Under the pieces are notes generated by a model, which was not told where the DNA came from, ran no database searches, and saw only the letters and a list, made by a program, of their open reading frames with translations. 49,316 nt of DNA from a virus (taxonomy: Duplodnaviria; Heunggongvirae; Uroviricota; Caudoviricetes), in IMG/VR virus record IMGVR_UViG_3300038968_000013, positions 1-49,316 of that record; one strand, written 5' to 3'. This document shows positions 24,893-34,419 of the stretch, in pieces (position 1 is the first letter of the stretch; the number at the start of each line of letters is the position of its first letter). Made by a program: the position numbers and the translations under genes.

Positions 24893-25990
24893 ATGCCAAC
24901 GAAGCCGAAAGCCGCAGTCGTCATCGGTCGCATGCAGCCGTTTCATATGGGGCACAAGGCGTTGATCGACTTTGCCCTGGACCAAGCGGAAATGGTCGTG
25001 GTCTGCCTTGGTTCCGCGTACCAGCCTCGGACGAGCAAGAATCCGTGGACGTTCAACGAGCGCATGGAAATGATCAACCGTGTGTATCGTGGCATGAACG
25101 ACACCTACGACAAGACCAAGCTTGGCGTTGCGGGCCGCATCGAGGTCGTACCGATTCGTGACCACATGTACAACGATGCGCTGTGGATCGCGGAAGTGCA
25201 GAACCGTGTCTACCAGGCGGTCGAGCGGTGGGAAGAGCGCACCGGTCACGAGCGCATCTACGGCAAGGTGAAGCGCGAAGAGGTCGTTTTGGTCGGTCAC
25301 CAAAAGGACGATTCCTCGTTCTACCTCTCGATCTTCGGTTGGCGCTGCATCGAGTTTCCGAACCATGGCGGCATCAATGCCACGGATCTGCGGGAACAGT
25401 TTCTTACCAACGGCGGCAACATGTCGGACGATCTGCCGGTGCCCGTACGCGAGCTGATGGGTCAGCTGCGTACCGCGCAACCGGTCTTCAACGATCTGTG
25501 CGACGAGCTAGCTTTCCTCAATAAGTATCGTTCCCATACTCAAGTGGGCGAGTATCCGGTGCAATTCATCACGGTCGACTCCGTGCTGGTTGCGGCGGGG
25601 CACGTCCTAATGATCAAGCGCGGCGGGCATCCCGGCAAGGGTATGTGGGCGTTGCCGGGTGGCTACGTCAATCATAGGGAGACTATCCGGGACGCGGTGC
25701 TCCGGGAGTTGAAGGAAGAGACTGCCGTCTTGGTCGACGAAGAGACGCTGATTCGCAGCATTGCAGCTACCAAGGTCTACGATGCTCCTGGGCGTGATCT
25801 GCGGGGCCGTATCGTCACGAATGCGTTTCTCTTCAAGCTTCCGGACAGCGTGGACCTTCCGAAGGTGAAGGGTGGCGACGACGCTGCCGAGGCGCGGTGG
25901 ATTAGCTTCGGCGACTTGCAGCAGATGGAAGGCGAAATCTACAGCGACCATTTGCATATCGTCAACGACCTACTGTCGCGGGGTTACTAG
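24893..25990 (+). CDS. nadM: bifunctional NMN adenylyltransferase / ADP-ribose pyrophosphatase (NadM-Nudix)
   Basis: GRMQPFHMGH, NATDLR, Nudix box PGGYVNHRETIRDAVLRELKEET. Confidence 0.93.
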   Translation: MPTKPKAAVVIGRMQPFHMGHKALIDFALDQAEMVVVCLGSAYQPRTSKNPWTFNERMEMINRVYRGMNDTYDKTKLGVAGRIEVVPIRDHMYNDALWIAEVQNRVYQAVERWEERTGHERIYGKVKREEVVLVGHQKDDSSFYLSIFGWRCIEFPNHGGINATDLREQFLTNGGNMSDDLPVPVRELMGQLRTAQPVFNDLCDELAFLNKYRSHTQVGEYPVQFITVDSVLVAAGHVLMIKRGGHPGKGMWALPGGYVNHRETIRDAVLRELKEETAVLVDEETLIRSIAATKVYDAPGRDLRGRIVTNAFLFKLPDSVDLPKVKGGDDAAEARWISFGDLQQMEGEIYSDHLHIVNDLLSRGY

Positions 25991-26006
25991 TTTGGGTATC
26001 TCTCTC

Positions 26007-26321
26007 ATGAAGTGTAGCGGCGCGGTGGAGCCGGGGGCTGTCGTGCCCCCTCCACCGAACCCTAATCCGTCGCGGTTCAAGATCCTGCAAACATTCGTGT
26101 GGAACAATCATATCCTTGTACGCGTTAAGTACCCGGATTGCACTTCGTACGAAGGTGAAAAGCTTCTACTGTACCTGAACACAAGCCTGGAGCAAATTGC
26201 ACGGGCGAAGTTTCTAGATCCGCATTTCAGTGACAAACCCGGCCTGTATCCGAACGCACGCTTCGAGCCAACGGATCGCGGCCTAGACATGGCTTTCGAG
26301 CTACTACGGGGGATGGGATGA
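26007..26321 (+). CDS. conserved phage hypothetical protein (PNPNP..F.I...YPDCTSYEGEK...DPHF...ARF)
   Basis: Recognisable motif; coupled to the next gene. Confidence 0.7.
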   Translation: MKCSGAVEPGAVVPPPPNPNPSRFKILQTFVWNNHILVRVKYPDCTSYEGEKLLLYLNTSLEQIARAKFLDPHFSDKPGLYPNARFEPTDRGLDMAFELLRGMG

Positions 26322-26503
26322 GTAAGCATGCGTCGCAAATGAAGGGGTACTCGGAGGTTCGGCTGCCGCTGCTGGAGCCGTATCATCATCGCTGTGCATG
26401 TGGCGATGCGATTCCGTGCGACAAGTGGAAGGATCATGCGGGGAGCTGCATGGTTCGGATTCGCAAGCGGGAAGAGCGGAAGGCGAAGAAGGCTGCGGCA
26501 TGA
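26318..26503 (+). CDS. small Cys/His protein
   Basis: ATGA coupling; CAC...C...HAGSC. Confidence 0.6.
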   Translation: MSKHASQMKGYSEVRLPLLEPYHHRCACGDAIPCDKWKDHAGSCMVRIRKREERKAKKAAA

Positions 26504-26748
26504 AAACGTATACCACACTAGGGGTCACAAGAATTCTCCTAGAGAATTGCGCCAGGGTGTGGTGGCGGCGGTTTGATCCTAACGAGGGGCTAAACGACCT
26601 CGATGAGCGTGGGCATTACGAGTTTGGCCGCAAGCCCCGTTATGAAGAGGCTAACGGCAAGCGCGAGCTAGTTTTCGAAATGACAAGCGAAGAGCTGCAA
26701 GAGTTGATCTACCAACTAACAGGATCATACCCGGAGGTTCAGACGTGA
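26500..26748 (+). CDS. hypothetical protein
   Basis: ATGA coupling to neighbours. Confidence 0.6.
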   Translation: MKTYTTLGVTRILLENCARVWWRRFDPNEGLNDLDERGHYEFGRKPRYEEANGKRELVFEMTSEELQELIYQLTGSYPEVQT

Positions 26749-28190
26749 ACATCATTCTCGATACGGACAGCTACAAGGCTAGTCATCCGGCGATGTACCC
26801 GAAAAACATGCTGGGAATGGAGTGCTACCTGGAGGCGCGCGAGGAGGGTGGCATTCGGCCTGCAGTGAAGGACATCACGGACCTCGACTACACGGTGTTC
26901 TTCGGCCTGCAGGGGCTGTGCATGGACTACCTCTGCGACCGCCTTTCGCGCCATTCAGTCGACGAGGCGGAAGATATATTTCGCGAGCATGGCGTCTCGT
27001 TCTACCGCGACGGCTGGGACTACATCGCGGACAAGTACGGGTGCCTACCAATCGAGATCAACGCGGTGCCTGAGGGTGCCGTGGTGCCTCGGGGGAACGT
27101 GCTCCTGCGCCTGCGTGGCACTGATGATCGGGTGCCGTGGATAGCTTCGTGGGTCGAAGATCTGATCGTCCGGTTGTGGTACCCGATTACCGTCGCAACA
27201 ATCTCGCGGCGGTGTAAAGAGGTAATTAACCATCACCTCGTATTGTCATCAGACAATGCCGAGAGGGAGCTGCCATTTAAGCTGCACGACTTCGGAGCAC
27301 GCGGCGTTTCGTCGCGCGAGTCTGCTGCAATCGGTGGTGCGGCGCATCTCGTTAACTTCCTCGGTACAGATACCATTCAGGGTATGCTGTACGCGATGAA
27401 TAACTATAACTGTCTGAAGGTGCCCGGCCTCTCGATCGATGCGGCCGAACATAATACTATCATTTCGTGGAAGCAGGGTAAGTACGTCGATTGGGAAGCG
27501 GCCTGTTACCGCAACATGGTAAAGCTGGCGAAGCCCGGTCAGGTGTTTGCGGTCGTCTCGGACACCGAGGATATCTACAACGCGGTCGAGCATATCTGGG
27601 GCGAGACCTTGCGCCAGGACGTCATCGACTCCGGAGCAACGCTCGTGGTGCGTCCCGATTCTGGCGACCCGGTGGAAGTCGTTTCGGCTACGCTTGCAAT
27701 GCTCGGCGAGAAATTCGGCTACACGGTGAACAATAAAGGGTACCGGGTTCTCAAGCACGTTCGCGTCATCCAGGGTGACGGCATGGAGCTGAGCACGATC
27801 AACGAGCTGTATGGCGTCATCGTTGCGGAAGGCTGGTCTGCCGAGAACCTTGCCGTAGGGATGGGTGGTGGTCTGCTCCAGAAATGCAACCGCGACACTC
27901 TACGCTTTGCCTACAAGGCGTGCGCGATCAAGGTCGAGACTCCGGATGGCAATATCGGGGGCCCGGTGACGCTGCCCGTGAGCAAGAAACCGCGTACAGA
28001 CCTCAGTAAGCAAAGCAAAAGCGGGGATCTGGATCTGATCCTGGTCGACGGCAAATATCGGACTATCGATCGCTTGACGGATCGGGCCTTCGCGTGGCAT
28101 CGTTCGGAGCTGGTGCCGTACTTTCGTAACGGCAACGTGATTCGACAGGAAGACTTCAGCGAGATCCGAAAGCGGGCATGGAGGGCCTAA
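26745..28190 (+). CDS. nadV: nicotinamide phosphoribosyltransferase (Nampt/NadV)
   Basis: TDSYKASH, LHDFGARG, AEH, VSDT, RPDSGDP, IQGDG, GMGGGLLQ. Confidence 0.95.
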   Translation: MNIILDTDSYKASHPAMYPKNMLGMECYLEAREEGGIRPAVKDITDLDYTVFFGLQGLCMDYLCDRLSRHSVDEAEDIFREHGVSFYRDGWDYIADKYGCLPIEINAVPEGAVVPRGNVLLRLRGTDDRVPWIASWVEDLIVRLWYPITVATISRRCKEVINHHLVLSSDNAERELPFKLHDFGARGVSSRESAAIGGAAHLVNFLGTDTIQGMLYAMNNYNCLKVPGLSIDAAEHNTIISWKQGKYVDWEAACYRNMVKLAKPGQVFAVVSDTEDIYNAVEHIWGETLRQDVIDSGATLVVRPDSGDPVEVVSATLAMLGEKFGYTVNNKGYRVLKHVRVIQGDGMELSTINELYGVIVAEGWSAENLAVGMGGGLLQKCNRDTLRFAYKACAIKVETPDGNIGGPVTLPVSKKPRTDLSKQSKSGDLDLILVDGKYRTIDRLTDRAFAWHRSELVPYFRNGNVIRQEDFSEIRKRAWRA

Positions 28191-28606
28191 TGGAAAAGCA
28201 CTTCGTAACATTCTTCAGTCCAGGGACTTTCTTCTCAGAGCAGAGGGAGAAGCCGATCGAGTCCTGGGACGTAGAGAAGGCTAAGAAGCTGGCCGATGGT
28301 ATCTCGGAGAGATACGGCGCCACTCCCTACGGGTTTCAGTTTTCCACCCGCGCGCGCAAAGACGACGAGCTGGATAGCCGCGTGACGAAGCGGTCACCGA
28401 TGTACTACCTAGGCGGCAAGATCGAAACCCTCGCCGAGGTAGAGGCACGTAACGACCCAAAGGAAAGCATCCTTCTCAGCAACATGCGGGGGAATGGGTA
28501 CGACAAAATCATCGTGAACACCAACTCCTGGAAGTTTACGGGACCACTCAATAAGGGTGACGTAGTACTCGACTATACGCCGCCGAAGAAGAAAGAAACC
28601 AAATGA
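28190..28606 (+). CDS. conserved phage hypothetical protein (KHFVTFFSPGTFFSE)
   Basis: Coupled ORF; recognisable motif. Confidence 0.7.
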   Translation: MEKHFVTFFSPGTFFSEQREKPIESWDVEKAKKLADGISERYGATPYGFQFSTRARKDDELDSRVTKRSPMYYLGGKIETLAEVEARNDPKESILLSNMRGNGYDKIIVNTNSWKFTGPLNKGDVVLDYTPPKKKETK

Positions 28607-29655
28607 TCTTTCGCGACGACCATATCAAGCAGATGCCGTGGCTTCCTTCGGGTACCATTCTCGTGGTGTCTGCGGGGTCGCGCGCCTACGGACTCAACCG
28701 GCCCGATAGCGATTACGATCTGCGCGGGCTCATGATTCCGCCGAAGGATTACTACATCGGCTTTCTCAAGACCATCGAGCAGGTGGAAATGAAGGTCGAG
28801 GGTGGCGAGGGGACGCTGTACGCAGTGCCGCGTTTCTTTCAGCTCGCGGCCGACTGCAACCCGAACATCATCGAGATCCTATGGTCGGACGTTTTCTTTT
28901 CGAACGACCAATTCATGGAAGACCTTTTTCGCTACCGCGAAGCGTTTCTCTCGAAGAAGGCACGCTACACCTTCTCAGGTTACGCAATGGCGCAGCTAAA
29001 GCGCATTCATACGCACCGCAAGTGGTTGCTCGATCCGCCGAAGGGAAAGCCGGAACGTGAAGACTTCGGGCTACCGAAGACGTCGCTACTCTCGCGGGAT
29101 ATCCTCGGTGCTATCGAGGCGCTGACGAAAAAGGCAACGCCGAGTATTGGGCAGCGCGTGCGTGAGGGGATCGTTCCGAACGCCGTGAAGGCATCCGGGA
29201 TGACCACGGACCCGATGGAAGTGGAAGAGCTAGCAGTCGACGCTAGCTTCCCGGCGCACGTCATGAACATCTATCAGCGTGAGCGTGCGTACCATAACGC
29301 CATGCAGCAGTGGCAGCAGTACGAGACCTGGAAGGGAAACCGTAACCAGGCGCGTGCCGCGATGGAGGCTCGATTCGGGTACGATACAAAGCACGCGATG
29401 CATCTGGTTCGTCTCATGCGCATGTGTGGGGAGATCCTAGAAGGCAAGGGCGTGATCGTGCGGCGACCGGATTACGAAGAGCTAATGGCCGTGCGTGACG
29501 GCGCGTGGAGCTACGACCAGCTGATGGAGTTTGCGACCACGCAGGACGAGCTAATGGGTAAGCTATACGAAACATCAACGCTACCTCGGGAGCCTGATCG
29601 CCCGTATCTACATCAACTGTGCTGCTCGATCATGGAGCGGTACTATAACGCGTGA
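28603..29655 (+). CDS. Pol-beta superfamily nucleotidyltransferase (RlaP / Nuc-transf type)
   Basis: GSRAYG..RPDSDYDLRG, CNPNIIEIL, YDTKHAMHLVRL. Confidence 0.88.
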   Translation: MIFRDDHIKQMPWLPSGTILVVSAGSRAYGLNRPDSDYDLRGLMIPPKDYYIGFLKTIEQVEMKVEGGEGTLYAVPRFFQLAADCNPNIIEILWSDVFFSNDQFMEDLFRYREAFLSKKARYTFSGYAMAQLKRIHTHRKWLLDPPKGKPEREDFGLPKTSLLSRDILGAIEALTKKATPSIGQRVREGIVPNAVKASGMTTDPMEVEELAVDASFPAHVMNIYQRERAYHNAMQQWQQYETWKGNRNQARAAMEARFGYDTKHAMHLVRLMRMCGEILEGKGVIVRRPDYEELMAVRDGAWSYDQLMEFATTQDELMGKLYETSTLPREPDRPYLHQLCCSIMERYYNA

Positions 29656-29659
29656 GGGG

Positions 29660-30097
29660 ATGATGACGAAGAAGAAGGAAGTCAAGGTAAAGGCGCCGAA
29701 GAAGATGAATCAGCGAGTCAAGAAGGCGTGGCTCGCGGCACTTCGGTCGCGGAAGTACAAGCAAGCGCAGGGGATGCTGCGTGAGGTCGACTACGACAAA
29801 GAGGGTAAGGTCGTAGGGTACTGCTGCCTCGGTGTCCTTTGCGACGTCTTTGCGAAGACCCCCACCGGTCGCAAAGAGAAAGCTAAGTGGAAGGACGGAA
29901 GCTTCCTAGGTGAAGAGACGTACCTTCCCGACAAGGTGAGGGAGTGGGCGGGTCTTCCAGGCGAGGACGAGGAGCGCGCGTACGAGGCGGCAAAGGGCTA
30001 CGGCAAGGAAACCGTTCAGGAAGCCTTGATTACGCTCAACGACAGCCTCGGAGCACGCTTCGGGCGCATCGCCAACTGGATCGAGAAGAACCTCTAA
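29660..30097 (+). CDS. conserved phage hypothetical protein (W..ALRS..Y.Q....L...YCCLGVLC)
   Basis: Recognisable motif; SD GAGGGG. Confidence 0.72.
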   Translation: MMTKKKEVKVKAPKKMNQRVKKAWLAALRSRKYKQAQGMLREVDYDKEGKVVGYCCLGVLCDVFAKTPTGRKEKAKWKDGSFLGEETYLPDKVREWAGLPGEDEERAYEAAKGYGKETVQEALITLNDSLGARFGRIANWIEKNL

Positions 30098-30102
30098 GAC
30101 TC

Positions 30103-30131
30103 TTGCTTTCCTGATGCTTTTCTGGTAGTAT
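30103..30131 (+). promoter_or_regulatory. sigma70 promoter TTGCTT-17-TAGTAT overlapped by the operator motif; leaderless ATG 30138
   Basis: Spacer TCCTGATGCTTTTCTGG; ATG 6 nt after the -10. Confidence 0.65.
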
Positions 30132-30137
30132 TACCGG

Positions 30138-31151
30138 ATGCGTCAGGGGGAACTGACTCACGAAATCATTCGCCCGTTCGTGGAGAGCGGACACATTCGC
30201 TCTACCACGGACGGGGATTTGACTCTCTACTCCTACACCGAATCGTGCGTTTACGATCGCGTGTGAAATCCGGTGACGATGGCCTGTCGTGGTCTCGTGC
30301 TGGATTCTCAGGACCGAATAGTTTCTCGGCCCTTCACGAAGTTCTTCAACCTCGGAGAACCCTCGTGCCCTGCTCTACCTAACGAGCCCTATCAGGTTTA
30401 CGAAAAGCTGGACGGATCGCTCGCGATTGCGTTTTACCACAACGGTCGCTGGCGCATGACCACGCGCGGTTCATTTGCAAACGACTACGTGTCGTATGCG
30501 GAACGATGGCTCGCGGACTTTCCGTTCCCGAAGGAACATACCGTGATGTTCGAAGTCGTGATCCCAAACGACGCGATGTCACGTCCAGTAAAGCACGACC
30601 CTGGGCTGTATTATCTAGGGAGCGTTCATACCGAGAGCGGTATGGATCTTGGCCCGGTCGACGACGGGCTCTGGCTGCAGCGTTCTGCGCGTTGCTATGG
30701 GGCGGAAAGCCTCGACGTACTACAGGCGCGTGCGGAGAATGAGGTTGGCCACGAGGGGTTCGTGGTGCGCTTCGAGAGTGGGCTGCGCGTCAAGATCAAG
30801 ACCGCGTGGTACCTAAAGCTGTTTCGCGCCATCACAAACCTGACCGAGAAGAAGCTGCGTGAGCTAGTCGCCGAGACTTACGACCCGGAGGGTGTCATCG
30901 CGAGCTTCCCTGAAGAGCTGCGTGCAGAAGTCGAACAAATCGTCTGGCCACTGGTTGGCCGCGCTCAGTCTACTGGCGGCAAGATTTACCGCGAATTCAG
31001 TATGCTGAAGAAGCTGTATCCCGAAGCATCATCTAGCCGCGAGGCTCGCAAGGCTTTCGCTTTCCACATCAAAGAGTTTCCTCACCGTGCCCTGTTCTTC
31101 AAGCTGCTCGAAGGAAAGGAGATCATGCGTGATCTAATTTTGCAGGAGTAG
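30138..31151 (+). CDS. T4 Rnl1-like RNA ligase with in-frame TGA at 30264-30266 (337 aa if read through)
   Basis: LYSYTESCVYDRV*NPVTMACRGLVLD, RPFTKFFN, YEKLDGS, FE, EGFV, VKIK. Confidence 0.88.
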
Positions 31152-31153
31152 TT

Positions 31154-32794
31154 ATGTCCGATATGTCCCCGTTTGCTCAGACCATCTTCAACCAGAAGTA
31201 CGCCCACCTCAAGCCCGATGGCACCCTTGAATCCTGGAGTGAAGTCGCTGACCGTGTAGCCGAAACCGTCCTCAAGGCTGTCCACGCAAAGAAGAGCCTT
31301 GTACGCGACGTCGCCCACGCCATTGAACAACGCAAGTTCATTCCGGGCGGGCGCTATCTCTACGCTACAGGTCGCCCGTATCACCAAGTTCAAAACTGCC
31401 TACTCATGAGCGTGGAAGATTCCCGCGAAGGCTGGGCGGATCTTCTACAAAAGTCGTCGCTCGCGCTTATGACAGGCGCCGGGATTGGCGTTGATTACAG
31501 CGCCATCCGTGGCGAGGGCAAGATGATTCGCAAGACCGGTGGCATTGCAACCGGTCCTATTGCGCTCATGAAGATGCTGAACGAAGTTGGTCGCGGCGTG
31601 ATGCAGGGAGGCTCACGCCGTTCTGCTATCTGGGCGGGACTCAATTGGCAGCACCCCGACATTCTCAAGTTCATCGAACTGAAGAACTGGTCGCAGGACG
31701 TGCGCGATCTGAAGGAGAAGGATTTCAACTTCCCGGCGCAGATGGATGGCACTAACATCAGCGTGCAGCTGGACGATGAATTCTTCGATGCAATGGATGA
31801 CGAGAATCATCCGAAGCATACCCACGCAAGCCTAGTCTATTGGGCCACTGTCAAGCAGATGCTAAAGACAGCAGAGCCTGGGTTTAGCATTGACGTTGGG
31901 AAGAACCGCAAAGAAACGCTGCGCAACGCCTGCACCGAAGTCACGTCGGACACCGACTCAGACATTTGCAACCTCGGCTCCATCAATCTGGCGCGGATCA
32001 GCTCGCTCGAAGAAATGAAGGAAATGGTCGAGCTGGGGACTGCCCTTCTTCTCGCGGGGACCGTATACTCTGACGTGCCGTACCCGAAGGTGGATCAGGT
32101 GCGGACGAAGAATCGCCGTCTTGGGCTAGGGCTCATGGGGATTCATGAATGGCTCCTCAAGAACGGCAAGAAGTACGGCCCAGACTCCGACCTTGAAAAG
32201 TACCTCGAAATCTACGCGACCAGCACCAAGATCGCGCACCGCCTCTCGGACGAATGGGATATCTCGCGTTCGGCAAAGACGCGGGCCATCGCACCGAACG
32301 GCACCATCGGCATTGTAGCTGAGACGACTACCGGCATCGAATGTATCTTCGGTGTGGCTATCAAGCGCCGCTACCTGAAACACCTAACCTGGAATTACCA
32401 ATACGTGATCGACCCTACGGCGCAACGTCTGATCAACGAAGGCATCGCGCCTGATTCTATCGAGGATGCGTACTCCCTAGCTGAGAACGTCGAGCGCCGC
32501 GTGGAATTCCAAGCCTGGGTGCAGCGGTTCGTGGATCATGGAATCTCGTCGACAATCAACCTTCCTGCGTGGGGTTCTCCGCTCAACAACGAGTCTCGCG
32601 TTAAGCCGTTTGGCGATATGCTGCTCAAGTATCTCCCGCAACTTCGTGGGCTCACCTGTTACCCTGATGGTGCGCGCGGCGGTCAGCCTATTACACCAGT
32701 GCGATATCAGACTGCGATCCAGCACGTTGGAAACGTGTATCAGGAAGCTGTCGATATCTGTGATTTGACGAAGGGGGGCACCTGTGGAGCGTAA
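31154..32794 (+). CDS. ribonucleotide reductase catalytic subunit, compact; probably class II (B12-dependent)
   Basis: PGGR, QNC, QGG.RR.A, TNISV, EPG, NACTE, CNLGSINL, APNGT; no small subunit in the window. Confidence 0.85.
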   Translation: MSDMSPFAQTIFNQKYAHLKPDGTLESWSEVADRVAETVLKAVHAKKSLVRDVAHAIEQRKFIPGGRYLYATGRPYHQVQNCLLMSVEDSREGWADLLQKSSLALMTGAGIGVDYSAIRGEGKMIRKTGGIATGPIALMKMLNEVGRGVMQGGSRRSAIWAGLNWQHPDILKFIELKNWSQDVRDLKEKDFNFPAQMDGTNISVQLDDEFFDAMDDENHPKHTHASLVYWATVKQMLKTAEPGFSIDVGKNRKETLRNACTEVTSDTDSDICNLGSINLARISSLEEMKEMVELGTALLLAGTVYSDVPYPKVDQVRTKNRRLGLGLMGIHEWLLKNGKKYGPDSDLEKYLEIYATSTKIAHRLSDEWDISRSAKTRAIAPNGTIGIVAETTTGIECIFGVAIKRRYLKHLTWNYQYVIDPTAQRLINEGIAPDSIEDAYSLAENVERRVEFQAWVQRFVDHGISSTINLPAWGSPLNNESRVKPFGDMLLKYLPQLRGLTCYPDGARGGQPITPVRYQTAIQHVGNVYQEAVDICDLTKGGTCGA

Positions 32795-33230
32795 GTGTAG
32801 CGCGGCTGGGTGTGATCGCGCGCACGAAGCGAAGGGGCTTTGCCGAAGGCATTATAAGCAGCTGCCGGATAGAAAACTATACGCACGCGACTACAATAAG
32901 GAATACTCAGCAGCCTACTGCCGAAGTATGAGGGGTAGGGCGACGGCTCTTAAAAGGGCAGTAAAAGATTCGGGCCTACCTTCAGACATCACCGCCGACG
33001 ACCTTGAGGTGATACTAGGGCGAGGAAGGTGTGTCTATTGCTCTGGCCCACTTAGCCCCACGGGGCATGGGTTGGACAGGAAAAATGCCAACCGTGGTTA
33101 CACTTTGGATAATGTTGTTCCGTGCTGTGTTACGTGCAATCGCATTAAGAACCGATATCTCTCACATGAGGAAATGGTTGCGGCAATGCGAGCGGTACTC
33201 AGGGTCAGAAGGAACAGCTGTGGCGCGTAG
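32784..33230 (+). CDS. HNH endonuclease
   Basis: CVYC...GLDRKNANRGYTLDNVVPCCVTCNRIK. Confidence 0.85.
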   Translation: MERKCSAAGCDRAHEAKGLCRRHYKQLPDRKLYARDYNKEYSAAYCRSMRGRATALKRAVKDSGLPSDITADDLEVILGRGRCVYCSGPLSPTGHGLDRKNANRGYTLDNVVPCCVTCNRIKNRYLSHEEMVAAMRAVLRVRRNSCGA

Positions 33231-33453
33231 TAAAGAAGACCTGGACAAATGGCAAGCCTTTGCCTCGCTCATTAACAAGATGATCAAAGAGGGTCACGGC
33301 GAGAAGGTTGCCATCGGTCTAACCGGGGCATTGATGGGGCAAAAAACTAGCGTCGATGCGATGTTTGAGTGGGCTGATGTTTATTTCAAGGACGAAATCG
33401 AGGCGAGCTTCATGAAGATGATGGGCCCGCGCGATGGGGAGACGATACACTAA
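33220..33453 (+). CDS. hypothetical protein
   Basis: GTG 33220 with SD AAGGA; TAATG coupling. Confidence 0.55.
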   Translation: MARSKEDLDKWQAFASLINKMIKEGHGEKVAIGLTGALMGQKTSVDAMFEWADVYFKDEIEASFMKMMGPRDGETIH

Positions 33454-33722
33454 TGGAAGTGACTGAGAAGGGACTAGAGGTCACCGAGGACGAGCTGTGG
33501 GGAAAACTCACGCACCTCCTCTCGCTGACTGCAGAGAAGAATCGCGAGAAGACCATCATCGTGATGATGGAAGCAATGCGGGGGTCGTTCGTCGATCCTG
33601 TGGCGCTCTCGTGGTACGTGGACGAAAACCTCAAGACCGAGATCAAGGCCGTATGTGCAGACCTTGGCATCGCGGCGGATAACACTCCTGACGTGAAGGT
33701 GATTCGGGAGAAGGGGCACTAA
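33453..33722 (+). CDS. hypothetical protein
   Basis: Coupled ORF. Confidence 0.6.
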   Translation: MEVTEKGLEVTEDELWGKLTHLLSLTAEKNREKTIIVMMEAMRGSFVDPVALSWYVDENLKTEIKAVCADLGIAADNTPDVKVIREKGH

Positions 33723-34417
33723 TGAAAATCGACGTGCTAGATAAAGGCTTCATCAAGGCCGTAGACATTCTCGGTACGGACCTGACGGTCGTGAATGCGG
33801 CCCGGATTAGCTTCGGCAAGATCAAGTCGGAGCTGGACGACGACGACCGCAAACTGATGCGGTACCTCGCGAAGCACAAGCACTACTCACCGTTTCGCCA
33901 CATCATGGTGACCTTCCATATCAAGGCACCCGAATTCGTGATGCGGCAGTGGTACAAGCACGTCGTAGGAATCGAAACAACCTCCTCATATCCAACGAAG
34001 GATCACGCCTGGAACGAAGTCAGCGGTCGCTATATTCCGATCGAGGACTTCCACATTCCCTCGCAGCTCCGTGCCGCACCGGACAACAAGAAGCAGGGTT
34101 CCGGCGCTGTCATGGAAGGGTACCTTCCAGAAACATACATTCGCTCGTGGGAACAGGTCACCGCACGTATCGTGGCGTTCTACGAGTCGATGATCGGGTC
34201 AGGGATTGCGCACGAGCAGGCCCGGTGCATCCTCCCGCTCACGCTCTACTCGGAAGTCTACTGGACCGCCTCATTCCAGGCGATTGCAAACTTCCTAGAG
34301 CTACGGCTGGACTCGCATGCGCAAAAGGAAATCAGAGACTACGCCATGGCAGTCGAAGAGATCATGGCGCATTTCTTTCCAGAAACCATGGCAGCATGGT
34401 TCACTAACAAGGAGTAA
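33722..34417 (+). CDS. thyX: flavin-dependent thymidylate synthase
   Basis: VNAARISF, HYSPF, RQWYKH, NEVSGRY, EQAR.ILP, HAQKEIR. Confidence 0.93.
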   Translation: MKIDVLDKGFIKAVDILGTDLTVVNAARISFGKIKSELDDDDRKLMRYLAKHKHYSPFRHIMVTFHIKAPEFVMRQWYKHVVGIETTSSYPTKDHAWNEVSGRYIPIEDFHIPSQLRAAPDNKKQGSGAVMEGYLPETYIRSWEQVTARIVAFYESMIGSGIAHEQARCILPLTLYSEVYWTASFQAIANFLELRLDSHAQKEIRDYAMAVEEIMAHFFPETMAAWFTNKE

Positions 34418-34419
34418 CA

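Noticed and set aside
18889-30266. Selenocysteine insertion at the TGA codons
   Set aside because: The contexts call for Trp, not Cys; no SECIS-like hairpin or Sec machinery seen
31154-33230. Intron or intein in the RNR associated with the downstream HNH
   Set aside because: The RNR ORF is continuous and compact; the HNH is free-standing
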